This document shows, in pieces, positions 37,210 through 46,641 of a stretch of 64,000 nucleotides of DNA (its first letter is position 1; the number at the start of each line of letters is the position of its first letter). Position numbers and translations under genes: made by a program. The notes beneath the pieces are model-generated. The model did no database searches. It was not told the origin of the DNA and worked only from the letters and a program-made list of their open reading frames with translations. This DNA comes from Bacillota bacterium (GTDB lineage: Bacteria > Bacillota > Dehalobacteriia > UBA4068): assembly GCA_050942825.1 (NCBI GenBank), contig JBMNOA010000004.1:357-64356 (forward strand). The letters run 5' to 3'.

Positions 37210-38972
37210 GACAGCACCTCCCTATCTTTTCCGCTTAAAACTTCTATAGCTCCAAAAGGACATCGTTCCAAACATTCTCCGCATTTACTGCACTTTTCAG
37301 CATCAAGAAAATGCGCTTTTTTCAGCTCTCCCGAAATAGATTTGGTCGGACAAGCACTTACGCACAAAGTACAACCCTGACATTTATCTTCATCTATACG
37401 GTACAGTAGCAAAGCCTGGCATTTTTTGGCGGCACAGTGTTTATTTTCTATATGGTCCTTATATTCATCAGCAAAGTATTTCAAAGTAGTCAAAACAGGA
37501 TTAGGCGCTGTGCCACCCAAAGCACACAAAGAAGCAGTCCTTACAAATTGAGCCAATTCGCTCAGATCTTGAAGATCGCTTGCCAAAGCTTTACCCTCCA
37601 CGATCCTGTTCAATATTTCCAGCATTCTTTTAGTACCGGTACGGCAAGGCAGACAACGGCCACAGCTCTCATCACTAACAAAGTTCATGAAGAAACGGGC
37701 CATCTCCACCATACAGGTAGCCTCATCCATTACTATCATACCGCCGGAACCCATAATAGCCCCTGTAGCGGACAAACTTTTATATTCAATAGGCGTATCC
37801 AACAATTCAGCAGGCAAACACCCTCCCGATGGTCCGCCCATTTGTACACCTTTGAAAGGTATATCATTTTTGATGCCGCCAGCAATGTCAAAGATTAACT
37901 GCCGCAGAGTCATACCCATAGGAACTTCTACCAGACCGCCTCTTTTAACTTTACCGGCTAAAGCAAACACTTTTGTACCTTTGCTATCCTCCGTGCCCAT
38001 TGCGGCAAAAGCAGTCCCGCCATTTCTTATTATCCAAGGAACATTAGCAAATGTCTCCACATTATTGATACTGGTGGGCATCTTTTGATAACCTTTATGT
38101 ACAGGATAAGGCGGTTTAGGATAAGGCATGCCCCGCTCTCCGCTCAAAGAAGCCATCAAAGCAGTTTCTTCGCCGCACACAAAGGCACCGGCGCCTTTGA
38201 ATAATCTGATATTGAAAGAAAACCCACTGTTACAAATATTTTCACCCAAAAAACCTGCTTTATTAGCTTGATCAATAGCTATTTGCAATCTTTTTACAGC
38301 CAGGGGATATTCAGCACGGACATAGATAATGCCTTCACTTGATCCAATAGCATAAGCGGCCAGGATCATGCCTTCTAGTACCCCATGCGGATCGCCTTCC
38401 AAAATACTGCGGTCCATAAAAGCACCTGGATCACCCTCGTCGGCATTACAGATGACAAACTTTTGCTCACCCGGTGCATCTTTGGCTGCTTGCCATTTCA
38501 TCCAAGTGGGGAAACCGGCGCCGCCGCGCCCGCGCAAACCTGATACTTTCATTTGTTCAATAATCTGCAGGGGATCTTTTTTTAATGCTTCTTTTAACGC
38601 CTCATAGCCTCCAACTTCGATATAGGAATTGATATCCTGCGGATCTATATTGCCGCAATTGGCTAAAGCAATGCGAGTTTGTTTATTGATAAAAGCTAAA
38701 TCTTCTTCGTTAAGTAAATTATTGGTGGGAGTCTGTCCTGCCAGTATTTCTCGGGCAATTTTGGCTGCGCTTTTGGCATTAAGTCGGCCATAATAGGTAG
38801 CATGGCCCTCATCATCAATATATTGCAATAAAGGTTCGGCAAAACACATACCATTGCAGCCTACTTTTTGTAAAACCGCATCACTACCGGCCAAAACTTC
38901 TCTCAAAGACTCTTCTACAGCGGCAGCCCCGGCTGCCAAACCGCAACTTCCGTATCCTAATAAAAAACGCAT
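37206..38972 (-). CDS. HydB/NuoF-like FMN/NADH subunit (StnB/BfuB-like)
   Basis: SGLRGRGGAGFPT, CNADEGDPGAFMD, GAGAFVCGEET, GGPSGG, SCGRCLPCR, and two C-terminal CxxCxxCxxxCP motifs. Confidence 0.9.
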   Translation of the reverse strand: MRFLLGYGSCGLAAGAAAVEESLREVLAGSDAVLQKVGCNGMCFAEPLLQYIDDEGHATYYGRLNAKSAAKIAREILAGQTPTNNLLNEEDLAFINKQTRIALANCGNIDPQDINSYIEVGGYEALKEALKKDPLQIIEQMKVSGLRGRGGAGFPTWMKWQAAKDAPGEQKFVICNADEGDPGAFMDRSILEGDPHGVLEGMILAAYAIGSSEGIIYVRAEYPLAVKRLQIAIDQANKAGFLGENICNSGFSFNIRLFKGAGAFVCGEETALMASLSGERGMPYPKPPYPVHKGYQKMPTSINNVETFANVPWIIRNGGTAFAAMGTEDSKGTKVFALAGKVKRGGLVEVPMGMTLRQLIFDIAGGIKNDIPFKGVQMGGPSGGCLPAELLDTPIEYKSLSATGAIMGSGGMIVMDEATCMVEMARFFMNFVSDESCGRCLPCRTGTKRMLEILNRIVEGKALASDLQDLSELAQFVRTASLCALGGTAPNPVLTTLKYFADEYKDHIENKHCAAKKCQALLLYRIDEDKCQGCTLCVSACPTKSISGELKKAHFLDAEKCSKCGECLERCPFGAIEVLSGKDREVLS

Positions 38973-39475
38973 TAACGCTCACTCCCTTCCAGCTCTTTTT
39001 GACGCAAATCCTCAATAATTTCAGTAACACGTTCCGGAGTAAGCTTGCCATATACTTCACCATTGATCATGATGGCAGGAGAAAGGCTGCAACAACCTAA
39101 GCAAGCAACCCTTTCCCAACTGAAAAGCCTATCTTGAGACACTCGGCCTTCCGGTACCCCTACTGCCTTGGCAATAGAGTCGGCAATTTTGGCAGAGTCG
39201 TTCACATGGCAGGCTGTACCACTGCAAACTAAGATTTGATATTTGCCCGGCGGCTCCAGACGGAATTGAGCATAGAAAGTAACAATACCCGTCAATCTTG
39301 CCAAGGGGATGTTACAAGTCTTACTAATATGAACTAGAGCCTCTCGCGGCGAATAACCATATATTTCTTGCATTTGCTGCAAAAGAGCAATCAGATTCAT
39401 GTCCGATTGCGGAACAGATGATAACAGAGAATCTAAAGGGGTTAAGTCGATGGCGCTTTCGCTCTGACTTATCAT
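38972..39475 (-). CDS. HydC/NuoE-like [2Fe-2S] subunit (StnA/BfuC-like)
   Basis: VTFYAQF, CSGTAC, CLGCCSLSP. Confidence 0.9.
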   Translation of the reverse strand: MISQSESAIDLTPLDSLLSSVPQSDMNLIALLQQMQEIYGYSPREALVHISKTCNIPLARLTGIVTFYAQFRLEPPGKYQILVCSGTACHVNDSAKIADSIAKAVGVPEGRVSQDRLFSWERVACLGCCSLSPAIMINGEVYGKLTPERVTEIIEDLRQKELEGSER

Positions 39476-39577
39476 AGTCTCAACAGCTCCTTTTAATTAT
39501 ATTCTTTATTATAAGCCGAACTGTCTCTTCTTAATTGTAATAACCGCTAAGTAACAACAATTCAGCTCCCTATGAAG

Positions 39578-40516
39578 TTATTTATGAATAATATCCCTGC
39601 CCAAAAGTGCAACGCCGACCGCATTGTCCCCCGCATAATCAGCCCGGGCAAAATACAGTTCAGCATGGTCATTAAGCTGGGTTAATAATCTCTCTTTTAT
39701 GATACTGTTAGCCATAACTCCTCCCGCTAACAGCACCTTTTTTATTCCGCTTTGTCTGCTGATAAAAATCATGGCTTGGGCCAAGCTGTCGGCAATATTG
39801 ATCAAAACAGCCCATGCCAGGCGATTAAAGTCCTCGCCCTGATCCAGCAAGCGTTTAGCAGCGCTTTGGGGTCCGTTAAAATAAATATGGTTTTCTTTTA
39901 CCGATACAGGCAGCTTGATCGGCGGTCCGGTGGCTTGCCGAGCCAATTTTTCCAAATGACTGCCGGCGGGAAAAGGTAAACCCATAGCTACACCTATTCT
40001 GTCTATATATTGACCGGCGGCTAAATCACTATCACCGATTATAGTGATAGCAAAAGCCCCCTTTTGCCTTTTTACATGCAGCACCTCTCCGGTACCTCCG
40101 GACAGGTGTAAGGCCAAAAACTCCTCCTCATCCAAAGGCTTGTCCAGTGACCACAAAGCTGCCTGCAAATGGCCTTCTTGATGGCTTGTAGCAGCAAAGG
40201 GCACATTGAGGGTATCAGCAAGCATACGTGCAATACTGCCGCCGACACGAAAAACCGGCATATAAGATCCCTCCACAGGACGGGGTCTGGTAGAAGCACA
40301 AATACCCTTAATCTTTTTGTTATCTACAATTTGATAAACTTGTTGCAGAAGCTGCGGAAACTGAGCCAAGTGCAAGAAAAGCGCCTGTGATTGAGCCAAT
40401 CCGCAGGCACCGTCCGGAACTTGCAAAAGTTGGCGGCAATCGGCCAGCGCAACCCCATTGTAATCAACTATTGCCAAAGATGTAGTGTAACAGCTTGTAT
40501 CAATACCCAGAATCAC
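39578..40516 (-). CDS. TsaD/Kae1-like (peptidase M22 family) paralog
   Basis: LGIDTSCYTTS, SHQEGH, LSGG, GQYIDR, AGGVMAN, GDNAVGVA. Confidence 0.8.
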   Translation of the reverse strand: MILGIDTSCYTTSLAIVDYNGVALADCRQLLQVPDGACGLAQSQALFLHLAQFPQLLQQVYQIVDNKKIKGICASTRPRPVEGSYMPVFRVGGSIARMLADTLNVPFAATSHQEGHLQAALWSLDKPLDEEEFLALHLSGGTGEVLHVKRQKGAFAITIIGDSDLAAGQYIDRIGVAMGLPFPAGSHLEKLARQATGPPIKLPVSVKENHIYFNGPQSAAKRLLDQGEDFNRLAWAVLINIADSLAQAMIFISRQSGIKKVLLAGGVMANSIIKERLLTQLNDHAELYFARADYAGDNAVGVALLGRDIIHK

Positions 40517-40970
40517 TCTGTTGTTCTACTCCTTTTTCCTCGTCTATGCCCTTGATATCTCCCAGATTATTATGGTGAGTTTTTTTAATATTGTCCAAAA
40601 CAGCATTTACAAAAGAACCCGAATCTTCCGTACTGAATTTTTTTGCTAATTCAATTGCTTCATTGATGACTATATTTGATTCAGCAGCCTTAGTATCATA
40701 TTCCAGTTCATAGATAGCTAAACGTAAAATATTTTTATCTACATTGGCCAAACGGTCTACATTCCACTCTCTGCTGCGGGAATTGATTAATAAATCAATC
40801 TGTTGCATATTTTCCCTGGCTCCCAGAACTAATTTAGCAGCGAAATCCTTATTGATCTCCGTCAAATCAGCATTATCTAATGTGACTTGAGCCATCTGCC
40901 ATTCATTTTGTCCCACATCCAGTTGAAAAAGCATCTGCAGAGCAGTTTCACGCGCTTTGCGCCTGCTCAT
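40500..40970 (-). CDS. nusB: Transcription antitermination factor NusB
   Basis: RRKARE.ALQ.LFQ, VDKNILRLA, INEAIELAK, FVNAVLD. Confidence 0.96.
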   Translation of the reverse strand: MSRRKARETALQMLFQLDVGQNEWQMAQVTLDNADLTEINKDFAAKLVLGARENMQQIDLLINSRSREWNVDRLANVDKNILRLAIYELEYDTKAAESNIVINEAIELAKKFSTEDSGSFVNAVLDNIKKTHHNNLGDIKGIDEEKGVEQQSDSGY

Positions 40971-40988
40971 TCGTTCATCCTCCAATAA

Positions 40989-41213
40989 CTAGTCTTGTTT
41001 ATTGAATATTTTTTCTACAACCTCTTTAAAATCCACTTTATCATCGGATTTTTTGCCCAGATAATATCCTACTAAAATACAAACCAATATTACTACAGCG
41101 GCCCAAAAACCACCAGCAACAATACAAATACCAAAAAGAAGGCCTAAAATTACTCCAATTATTTTGCCTTTATGATTTTCTAACAGATATAACAATAGTT
41201 TTGCCCAATCCAT
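40989..41213 (-). CDS. Small membrane protein (DUF2273-like)
   Basis: Two TM helices, GKIIGVILG; position in the asp23-amaP-DUF2273-nusB order. Confidence 0.75.
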   Translation of the reverse strand: MDWAKLLLYLLENHKGKIIGVILGLLFGICIVAGGFWAAVVILVCILVGYYLGKKSDDKVDFKEVVEKIFNKQD

Positions 41214-41240
41214 AAAAAACCCCCCATTTAGAATCAGCAC

Positions 41241-41813
41241 TTATTCCATTTTCATTCCTGGGCTTGCGTTTGTTTTTATGGTATTATCCGGTATAATATT
41301 ACCGATCAACACTTTCACTTCGGCTACACGTAAACCCGTTATAGCCTCCAGATATGATTTCACTTCATTTTGCAGGCGGGAAGACAGCTCGGGTACGTTT
41401 ATTTCATGAGGGACCGAAACCCCCAAAAATAAAGCCACTCCTTCGGGAACTGCTTTAATCTGGGTCCGAACTTCTTTCACTTCCTCTATATTGGTCACAG
41501 ATTTTCTGACGATACTATCAATTGCCTGCATACTGATATTGACTTGCCCATATTCAGCATTGGAAATAGGTACAAGCGTATCTTTTCTTTTGTAATGGAA
41601 GGCCACGATTAAGCTAAATACACCCACTATGATAAAAGCGGCTGCAATAAGCATAGCTATAAAAAAGTTGTATTGACCGAAGAAAAAGTCTTGCAGCACA
41701 TTTTGCCAGTATTGGGCAATAGTCGCGTTGGTCAAGCAGCCAACCATCACAATGCCGATAATAACCAAAAACAAACTCCACAATATCAATAGTATGCGCC
41801 TAAGCACGTTCAT
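41241..41813 (-). CDS. amaP: Alkaline shock response membrane anchor AmaP
   Basis: Two TM helices plus an Asp23-like domain (GQVNISMQAI...LQNEVK...ITGL.V..V). Confidence 0.8.
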   Translation of the reverse strand: MNVLRRILLILWSLFLVIIGIVMVGCLTNATIAQYWQNVLQDFFFGQYNFFIAMLIAAAFIIVGVFSLIVAFHYKRKDTLVPISNAEYGQVNISMQAIDSIVRKSVTNIEEVKEVRTQIKAVPEGVALFLGVSVPHEINVPELSSRLQNEVKSYLEAITGLRVAEVKVLIGNIIPDNTIKTNASPGMKME

Positions 41814-41878
41814 ATTTGCTCCTCCTTGAAAAACCAATAATAAATAGCCGCTACCCTGTTGGAGTAGCGGCCGCTATA

Positions 41879-42283
41879 TTATACTTCTGGTTTACTAGAA
41901 GCCGGATGCCCCTGAGGGAAAGTAACCCCTTGAACATGAATGTTAACAGCAGAGGCCTGTAATCCCGTCATTGTTTCAACCGCTGTTTTGACGCTTTCTT
42001 GTACTTCTTGCGCCACCTTTTGGATAGCTACGCCAAATTCTACTATAATATAGATATCAAGCTCAGCCTTTTCTGTACCGACTTCTACTTTAACACCTTT
42101 AGTCATATTTTTTTTGCCCAGCATTTCGACAATACCGCCTACAACACCGCCGCTCATACCGGCAACCCCTTCTACCTCTATAGCTGCCAGTCCGGCGATC
42201 GTTGCTACTACATCATTGGCGATCTTAACGGTGCCGGCACTATCTACAGCAGTCTCTAAAATAGAGTCTTTTTTGTCGAGCAT
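41879..42283 (-). CDS. Asp23/Gls24 family protein
   Basis: GTVKIANDVVATIAG, KGVKVE, VQESVKTAVETMTGL. Confidence 0.92.
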   Translation of the reverse strand: MLDKKDSILETAVDSAGTVKIANDVVATIAGLAAIEVEGVAGMSGGVVGGIVEMLGKKNMTKGVKVEVGTEKAELDIYIIVEFGVAIQKVAQEVQESVKTAVETMTGLQASAVNIHVQGVTFPQGHPASSKPEV

Positions 42284-42469
42284 TTTTATTCCTCCTTTTT
42301 GAGTAATGGAGTACAAAGAAAATTTTGATTTTTTATAATTATAACAGATATACACCCAAATAACAATAATATAAACAATCTTTAGTTGGTATTTATTACA
42401 TTATACCATCTATCTTTTACCTGGCTTATGTTGTCTAGGCATAAAAATCGATTCTCTCAAAAATACTCT

Positions 42470-43024
42470 TTATTTTTCTCTGGTAATAATGACAACATTT
42501 TCAAAACCGATTCCTGTCACGCCATCTACAAGTTCTGCAATCTTCCCTGAAGATTTCTCATCTACTTGTGCGTCAAGAACCACAGTCACTTTGTCCTCTT
42601 GGATAAACACAGCCGCATCAGGGAAATTCTTAGCTGCCAATAATGTTTCTATCAGTAACTCTTGTTCCATGTTTTTGGCAATGACGATCTCGGCTTCTTG
42701 CGCAGATTTTTTAGTCTCTGTATCGGAGTTGGGATTATCTATAATAGATTGCAAAAGCTCCAAAGATTCGCCGCGCACCTTTTCTCTTTCGATGCGGTAA
42801 TCATCATAAAAATTATCAGCGCTGTTCTTATTAGCCGTAATATCATTACCGGCTGTTCTTTCATCCACCGACCCCTCTTGACCAACGACCTCCAAGGTAT
42901 CGGGATTGCCACCCAGTTCATCCAAAACACCTTTTTGCGATACATCATAAACCAAAAAGGCTAAGCAAGCGATACAAAGAACGAATACCCATTTTTTTGC
43001 GGATGATTTGCCTGATTTCTTCAT
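42470..43024 (-). CDS. spoIIIAH: Stage III sporulation protein AH
   Basis: TM helix; FYDDYRIEREK.R; E.LL.AK.F.DAAV; last gene of the spoIIIA operon. Confidence 0.88.
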   Translation of the reverse strand: MKKSGKSSAKKWVFVLCIACLAFLVYDVSQKGVLDELGGNPDTLEVVGQEGSVDERTAGNDITANKNSADNFYDDYRIEREKVRGESLELLQSIIDNPNSDTETKKSAQEAEIVIAKNMEQELLIETLLAAKNFPDAAVFIQEDKVTVVLDAQVDEKSSGKIAELVDGVTGIGFENVVIITREK

Positions 43025-43053
43025 ATTATAACCTCCTTTATTATCTCTTATAA

Positions 43054-43731
43054 CTAATTTCCTTCTACAATATTAATTCTATGTGCTGATACTCCTAAAA
43101 GACCTTGAACCGCGTTAAACAGCTGACTGCGAACTTTAGAATCACCGGCCCCTTTAGATACTACTAATACCCCTTTGATCTTAGGCATATATTCTTTTAC
43201 CAATACCGGTTCACCGTTTTGTTGCGCCAAAGAAGTCTTTTCTTGACTATCTATGCTTTTACGGTCACTTTCCGATGTGCCGGCGCTTGCTTCTATTGTC
43301 GTACTGTCCGTAGTTTCTCTATCCAAAGCATATTCGGATTCCGCACCATATTCAAAAGTAACGGCTACGCTCACGGTTTCTGCTCCTTTAATTCTTGCCA
43401 ATACTTCCTCCAGTCTTCTTTCCAGCATAGCTTCGCTATTACGGTATTCACTATCCTGAGAAACTATACTGCCGGCGTTGACCGATGGTTTTTTGTTTCT
43501 TGTATCGTGAGATACAACATTCATAAAGATTAAGCCGACCACCAAAACAGCTCCCAATTTAAAGAGCAGCTCTTTTTCTTTTTTTCGCCAATTCCCGGGC
43601 CAGAAGCGACTCTCAAACGAAAAACCTTTACTGGTGCTTTTTTTGTCCTGCTCATTTATTGTTCCGTCTGTTGAATCAGATGTATTATTCAGTCTCTCCT
43701 CTTCATTGGCTATCTCCTTTTCCTTGATCAT
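43054..43731 (-). CDS. spoIIIAG: Stage III sporulation protein AG
   Basis: LE.VL..IKGA..V.V, P.I.GVLVVSKGA, I.V. Confidence 0.88.
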   Translation of the reverse strand: MIKEKEIANEEERLNNTSDSTDGTINEQDKKSTSKGFSFESRFWPGNWRKKEKELLFKLGAVLVVGLIFMNVVSHDTRNKKPSVNAGSIVSQDSEYRNSEAMLERRLEEVLARIKGAETVSVAVTFEYGAESEYALDRETTDSTTIEASAGTSESDRKSIDSQEKTSLAQQNGEPVLVKEYMPKIKGVLVVSKGAGDSKVRSQLFNAVQGLLGVSAHRINIVEGN

Positions 43732-44263
43732 TTTTTGCACCTCCTTCCTCAAAAGACACATCTATAAAACTTTCTTTGATACTATAAAAATTACTTAAAG
43801 TAGATTGGATCTTCTTTCGTAATGAATAATCGTCAAGCACGGTACCGTCTTTGACAGCCTTGACAGTGATATTATTGATAACAGTAGCCTCATCGCCAAG
43901 CTTTACTGTCGCCTCAGCGGACATGATACCGGGGGTCAGAGCAGCCAAAGATGCGATTTGACCGCACAGCCCTTCTTGGTATTCTTGTTGGGCTTGCTCG
44001 GCCAGGCGTGAAGATATGTCCTGGCCTTTTTCTAAAATCTCGGTTGTCTGTGAACTATAATCCTCTTCTTTATAAATTGCCAATACAGGCTCTTGGCCTA
44101 TAAACCCCAAAAGGGGATTAAGAACCGCCGCCAGAAGCAGCAATCCCATTACCAAGCGGATAAACCGGCTTAATTCACCAAAAGGCAATAACAGCTCAAA
44201 AAAAACTGCCAAAATCACTAAGATAGCTACATTTCTTACTATTTCACCTACTATCTCTATCAT
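43703..44263 (-). CDS. spoIIIAF: Stage III sporulation protein AF
   Basis: ELLLP.G...RFIRLVMGLLL...L.P; operon position. Confidence 0.85.
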   Translation of the reverse strand: MIEIVGEIVRNVAILVILAVFFELLLPFGELSRFIRLVMGLLLLAAVLNPLLGFIGQEPVLAIYKEEDYSSQTTEILEKGQDISSRLAEQAQQEYQEGLCGQIASLAALTPGIMSAEATVKLGDEATVINNITVKAVKDGTVLDDYSLRKKIQSTLSNFYSIKESFIDVSFEEGGAKNDQGKGDSQ

Positions 44264-44272
44264 GATTCGCTC

Positions 44273-45466
44273 CTATCTCATCATCATCGTTATATTTCCG
44301 GCACCGATGCAAATTGCCAACACAAAGAAGAAGAGTAATCCACACACCGCCACTGCAGCAAAAAGCAATAACAAAGCATTGGATAATCCACTTAAGGCAT
44401 CAGCCAGCTGATTATCTCCCAAAGGTTGTACTACAGCAGCGGCCAGACGGAAAATTATCACCTGTACTAATATCTTGGCGGCAGGCATGGCACAGATAAG
44501 AAAAATCGCTATAATGCCTACAACTCCTATACCATTTTTCAAAACCAAAGCCGTGCCCAAAACACTATCCATAGCATCGGCTAAAGATCGTCCTACTACC
44601 GGGATAAAAATCCCACTGGCAGTTTTGGCCGCTTTGACAGCCAGGCCATCCATTGCTGCAGTGGCCATGCCTGCAATACCCATAAAAGCAATAAAAACAC
44701 TGACCCCGATACTCATAAACCCCAAAGAAATATCTTTAAACAACCCCGCTAATTTATTTACATTAAATTTTGGAGAAATATGGCTGACCAGGCGCAATAT
44801 AGCCGAAAAATAGATTAAAGGGAAAATTACACTGCTCATGATATTCATCAAAACAGTAAGAGCAAATAAAATACTGGGATGTAAAATTCCTACCGAAGTG
44901 ATGCCTCCCATAGCAGCCAAAAGCATCATCAAAAGAGGTAATACAGCGTATAAGAATCCGCTCATCGTCTCAACTGCCTCTTTGGCAACATTCAAGGATA
45001 TAGAAAAGGAACTGATAGCAATAGCCGCCAAAAGCAAATAAACTACTCCTTTGGCCAAAAGAGAAACATTTTCTTTTTCAAAAGCGCTGCCCAAATTACC
45101 AAGTATCAGAGAGATGATGGCGAGTAAGATCAATTGCCCTAAAAGAGCCCAGGAAGCATGGACTTCTTTAAAAAAGATTTTTGATAATACAGTAAAAACA
45201 CTGCCAACACTTAGATCAACCTCACCATTTTTAGCTTGCTGCCACAGATCTTTCAAACTGAAATCATGCAGATATTGATCAAGATTTTTGTCCAGTTGAT
45301 TCAAATAATCATCCATGGCTTTCATATCGGAATTATTCATAACCGCAAAGGGCTCTGAGGATGTGGCCCAAGCAGGGCTTGGTACAATTCCTAGCAGAAA
45401 AAAAAGCAAGCAAAAAAAGATTATTATTTTTGTCAAGCGGGCCATATCAATCCCCTTTTCGTTCAT
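44273..45466 (-). CDS. spoIIIAE: Stage III sporulation protein AE
   Basis: FIPVVG..L.DA, LKNGIG; multi-TM protein. Confidence 0.92.
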   Translation of the reverse strand: MNEKGIDMARLTKIIIFFCLLFFLLGIVPSPAWATSSEPFAVMNNSDMKAMDDYLNQLDKNLDQYLHDFSLKDLWQQAKNGEVDLSVGSVFTVLSKIFFKEVHASWALLGQLILLAIISLILGNLGSAFEKENVSLLAKGVVYLLLAAIAISSFSISLNVAKEAVETMSGFLYAVLPLLMMLLAAMGGITSVGILHPSILFALTVLMNIMSSVIFPLIYFSAILRLVSHISPKFNVNKLAGLFKDISLGFMSIGVSVFIAFMGIAGMATAAMDGLAVKAAKTASGIFIPVVGRSLADAMDSVLGTALVLKNGIGVVGIIAIFLICAMPAAKILVQVIIFRLAAAVVQPLGDNQLADALSGLSNALLLLFAAVAVCGLLFFFVLAICIGAGNITMMMR

Positions 45467-45855
45467 GATAAGAATCTTAATATTGATTGCAACACAGCAG
45501 CCATAATAGGCATGGCCAATAAAATTATGCCAATTTTAGCGGCTAACTCCACCTTAAAGGCAATTGCTCCCTGACCGGCATCCCGACAAATCTGCGCAGC
45601 GAATTCAGCTATATAAGCCAAACCGATAATTTTGAATAAAGTAGCAAGATAAAAAGTATTAAGATTTGCTTTAGCAGCCATATCCTCAAACATAGATAAT
45701 ATCTGACCCAGCTTGGGCAATATTTGAATAAAAATTAAAGCACCGGCTACCAATGCTAATAAAACGCCTAATACAGGCAATTTGCTTTCTTTTAAAAATA
45801 CTGCAAACAGGGCAGCTAAGACAGCTAATCCGACTATAGGAAATATTTCCTGCAC
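45463..45855 (-). CDS. spoIIIAD: Stage III sporulation protein AD
   Basis: KIIGLAYIAEFAAQICRDAGQGAIA.KVELAAK. Confidence 0.95.
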   Translation of the reverse strand: MQEIFPIVGLAVLAALFAVFLKESKLPVLGVLLALVAGALIFIQILPKLGQILSMFEDMAAKANLNTFYLATLFKIIGLAYIAEFAAQICRDAGQGAIAFKVELAAKIGIILLAMPIMAAVLQSILRFLS

Positions 45856-45876
45856 GAACCCGCCCCCCCTTAAAAA

Positions 45877-46077
45877 TCAATATAGTCTAAACACGGATTG
45901 CACTCCGTCAAAAAGCTCTTGAATAACAGGTAATACTTTCAAAAGGCCTATGACCAAACCGACTATCAAGGTCAGGTAGGCATATTCATCACGTCCAGCT
46001 TGCTTGAGAAATGTATGTAAAATCGTAACAGCTATCGCTAAAGCAGTGAGAAAAAATATTATCGCCGTCTCTTGCAT
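45877..46077 (-). CDS. spoIIIAC: Stage III sporulation protein AC
   Basis: LHTFLKQAGRDEYA. Confidence 0.92.
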   Translation of the reverse strand: MQETAIIFFLTALAIAVTILHTFLKQAGRDEYAYLTLIVGLVIGLLKVLPVIQELFDGVQSVFRLY

Positions 46078-46116
46078 CGGGCTTCCCCCTTCTTTTATTT
46101 GGATATTGTTTTTGGC

Positions 46117-46632
46117 TCAAAAAGATATGATGGCTATGGCTATACCTGCGGCCCAGCCCAGATTTTTCCATACTTTGCCTAATTGTCTGTAATGCGCCTG
46201 CGCCTCTTCCTCCAGAGAAAATAATCTTTGCCTGCTCAATTCCAAACGCCTGATCTGGTCTTGCATATCGGACAAACCCAACCCTCTGCCAAAAGCCGAC
46301 AATATTGATAAATCCTCGGCTCCCAAAGGCAATTCATAACCGGCCCGCTCCAGGGCCCATTCCCAAGCCTGTTGAGCATTGATACCACGACTCTGCCGCA
46401 ATTTACTAGCTGCATTTTCAAAAACAGAAGCTGCCGAAGCGCTGGATCTGGCCGCGATGCGCAATGCCTCCGGCAAGGGAGTCGCAGCATAACTGATTTC
46501 CCGTTCCAGCGCTAAAAGACCCTGCTGCAGATCATGCAACACCCTGCAACGTCTTTCTAATTCTTCGGCCAACAAGCGTCCGATAGATACACAAACAAAA
46601 ATTATCATGATGGCGCCCAATATTTTTAGCAT
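46117..46632 (-). CDS. spoIIIAB: Stage III sporulation protein AB
   Basis: MLKILGA, EISYAATPLPEAL, GLSD..DQ. Confidence 0.92.
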   Translation of the reverse strand: MLKILGAIMIIFVCVSIGRLLAEELERRCRVLHDLQQGLLALEREISYAATPLPEALRIAARSSASAASVFENAASKLRQSRGINAQQAWEWALERAGYELPLGAEDLSILSAFGRGLGLSDMQDQIRRLELSRQRLFSLEEEAQAHYRQLGKVWKNLGWAAGIAIAIISF

Positions 46633-46641
46633 AGTATCCCT

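Noticed and set aside
34780-39475. [FeFe]-hydrogenase, formate dehydrogenase, complex I or glutamate synthase
   Set aside because: No H-cluster motifs, no Mo-bisPGD body or Sec/Cys ligand, no membrane Nuo subunits, no gltB
39480-39575. Rex operator upstream of the redox operon
   Set aside because: No TTGTGAA-N4-TTCACAA-like 18-mer with correct spacing
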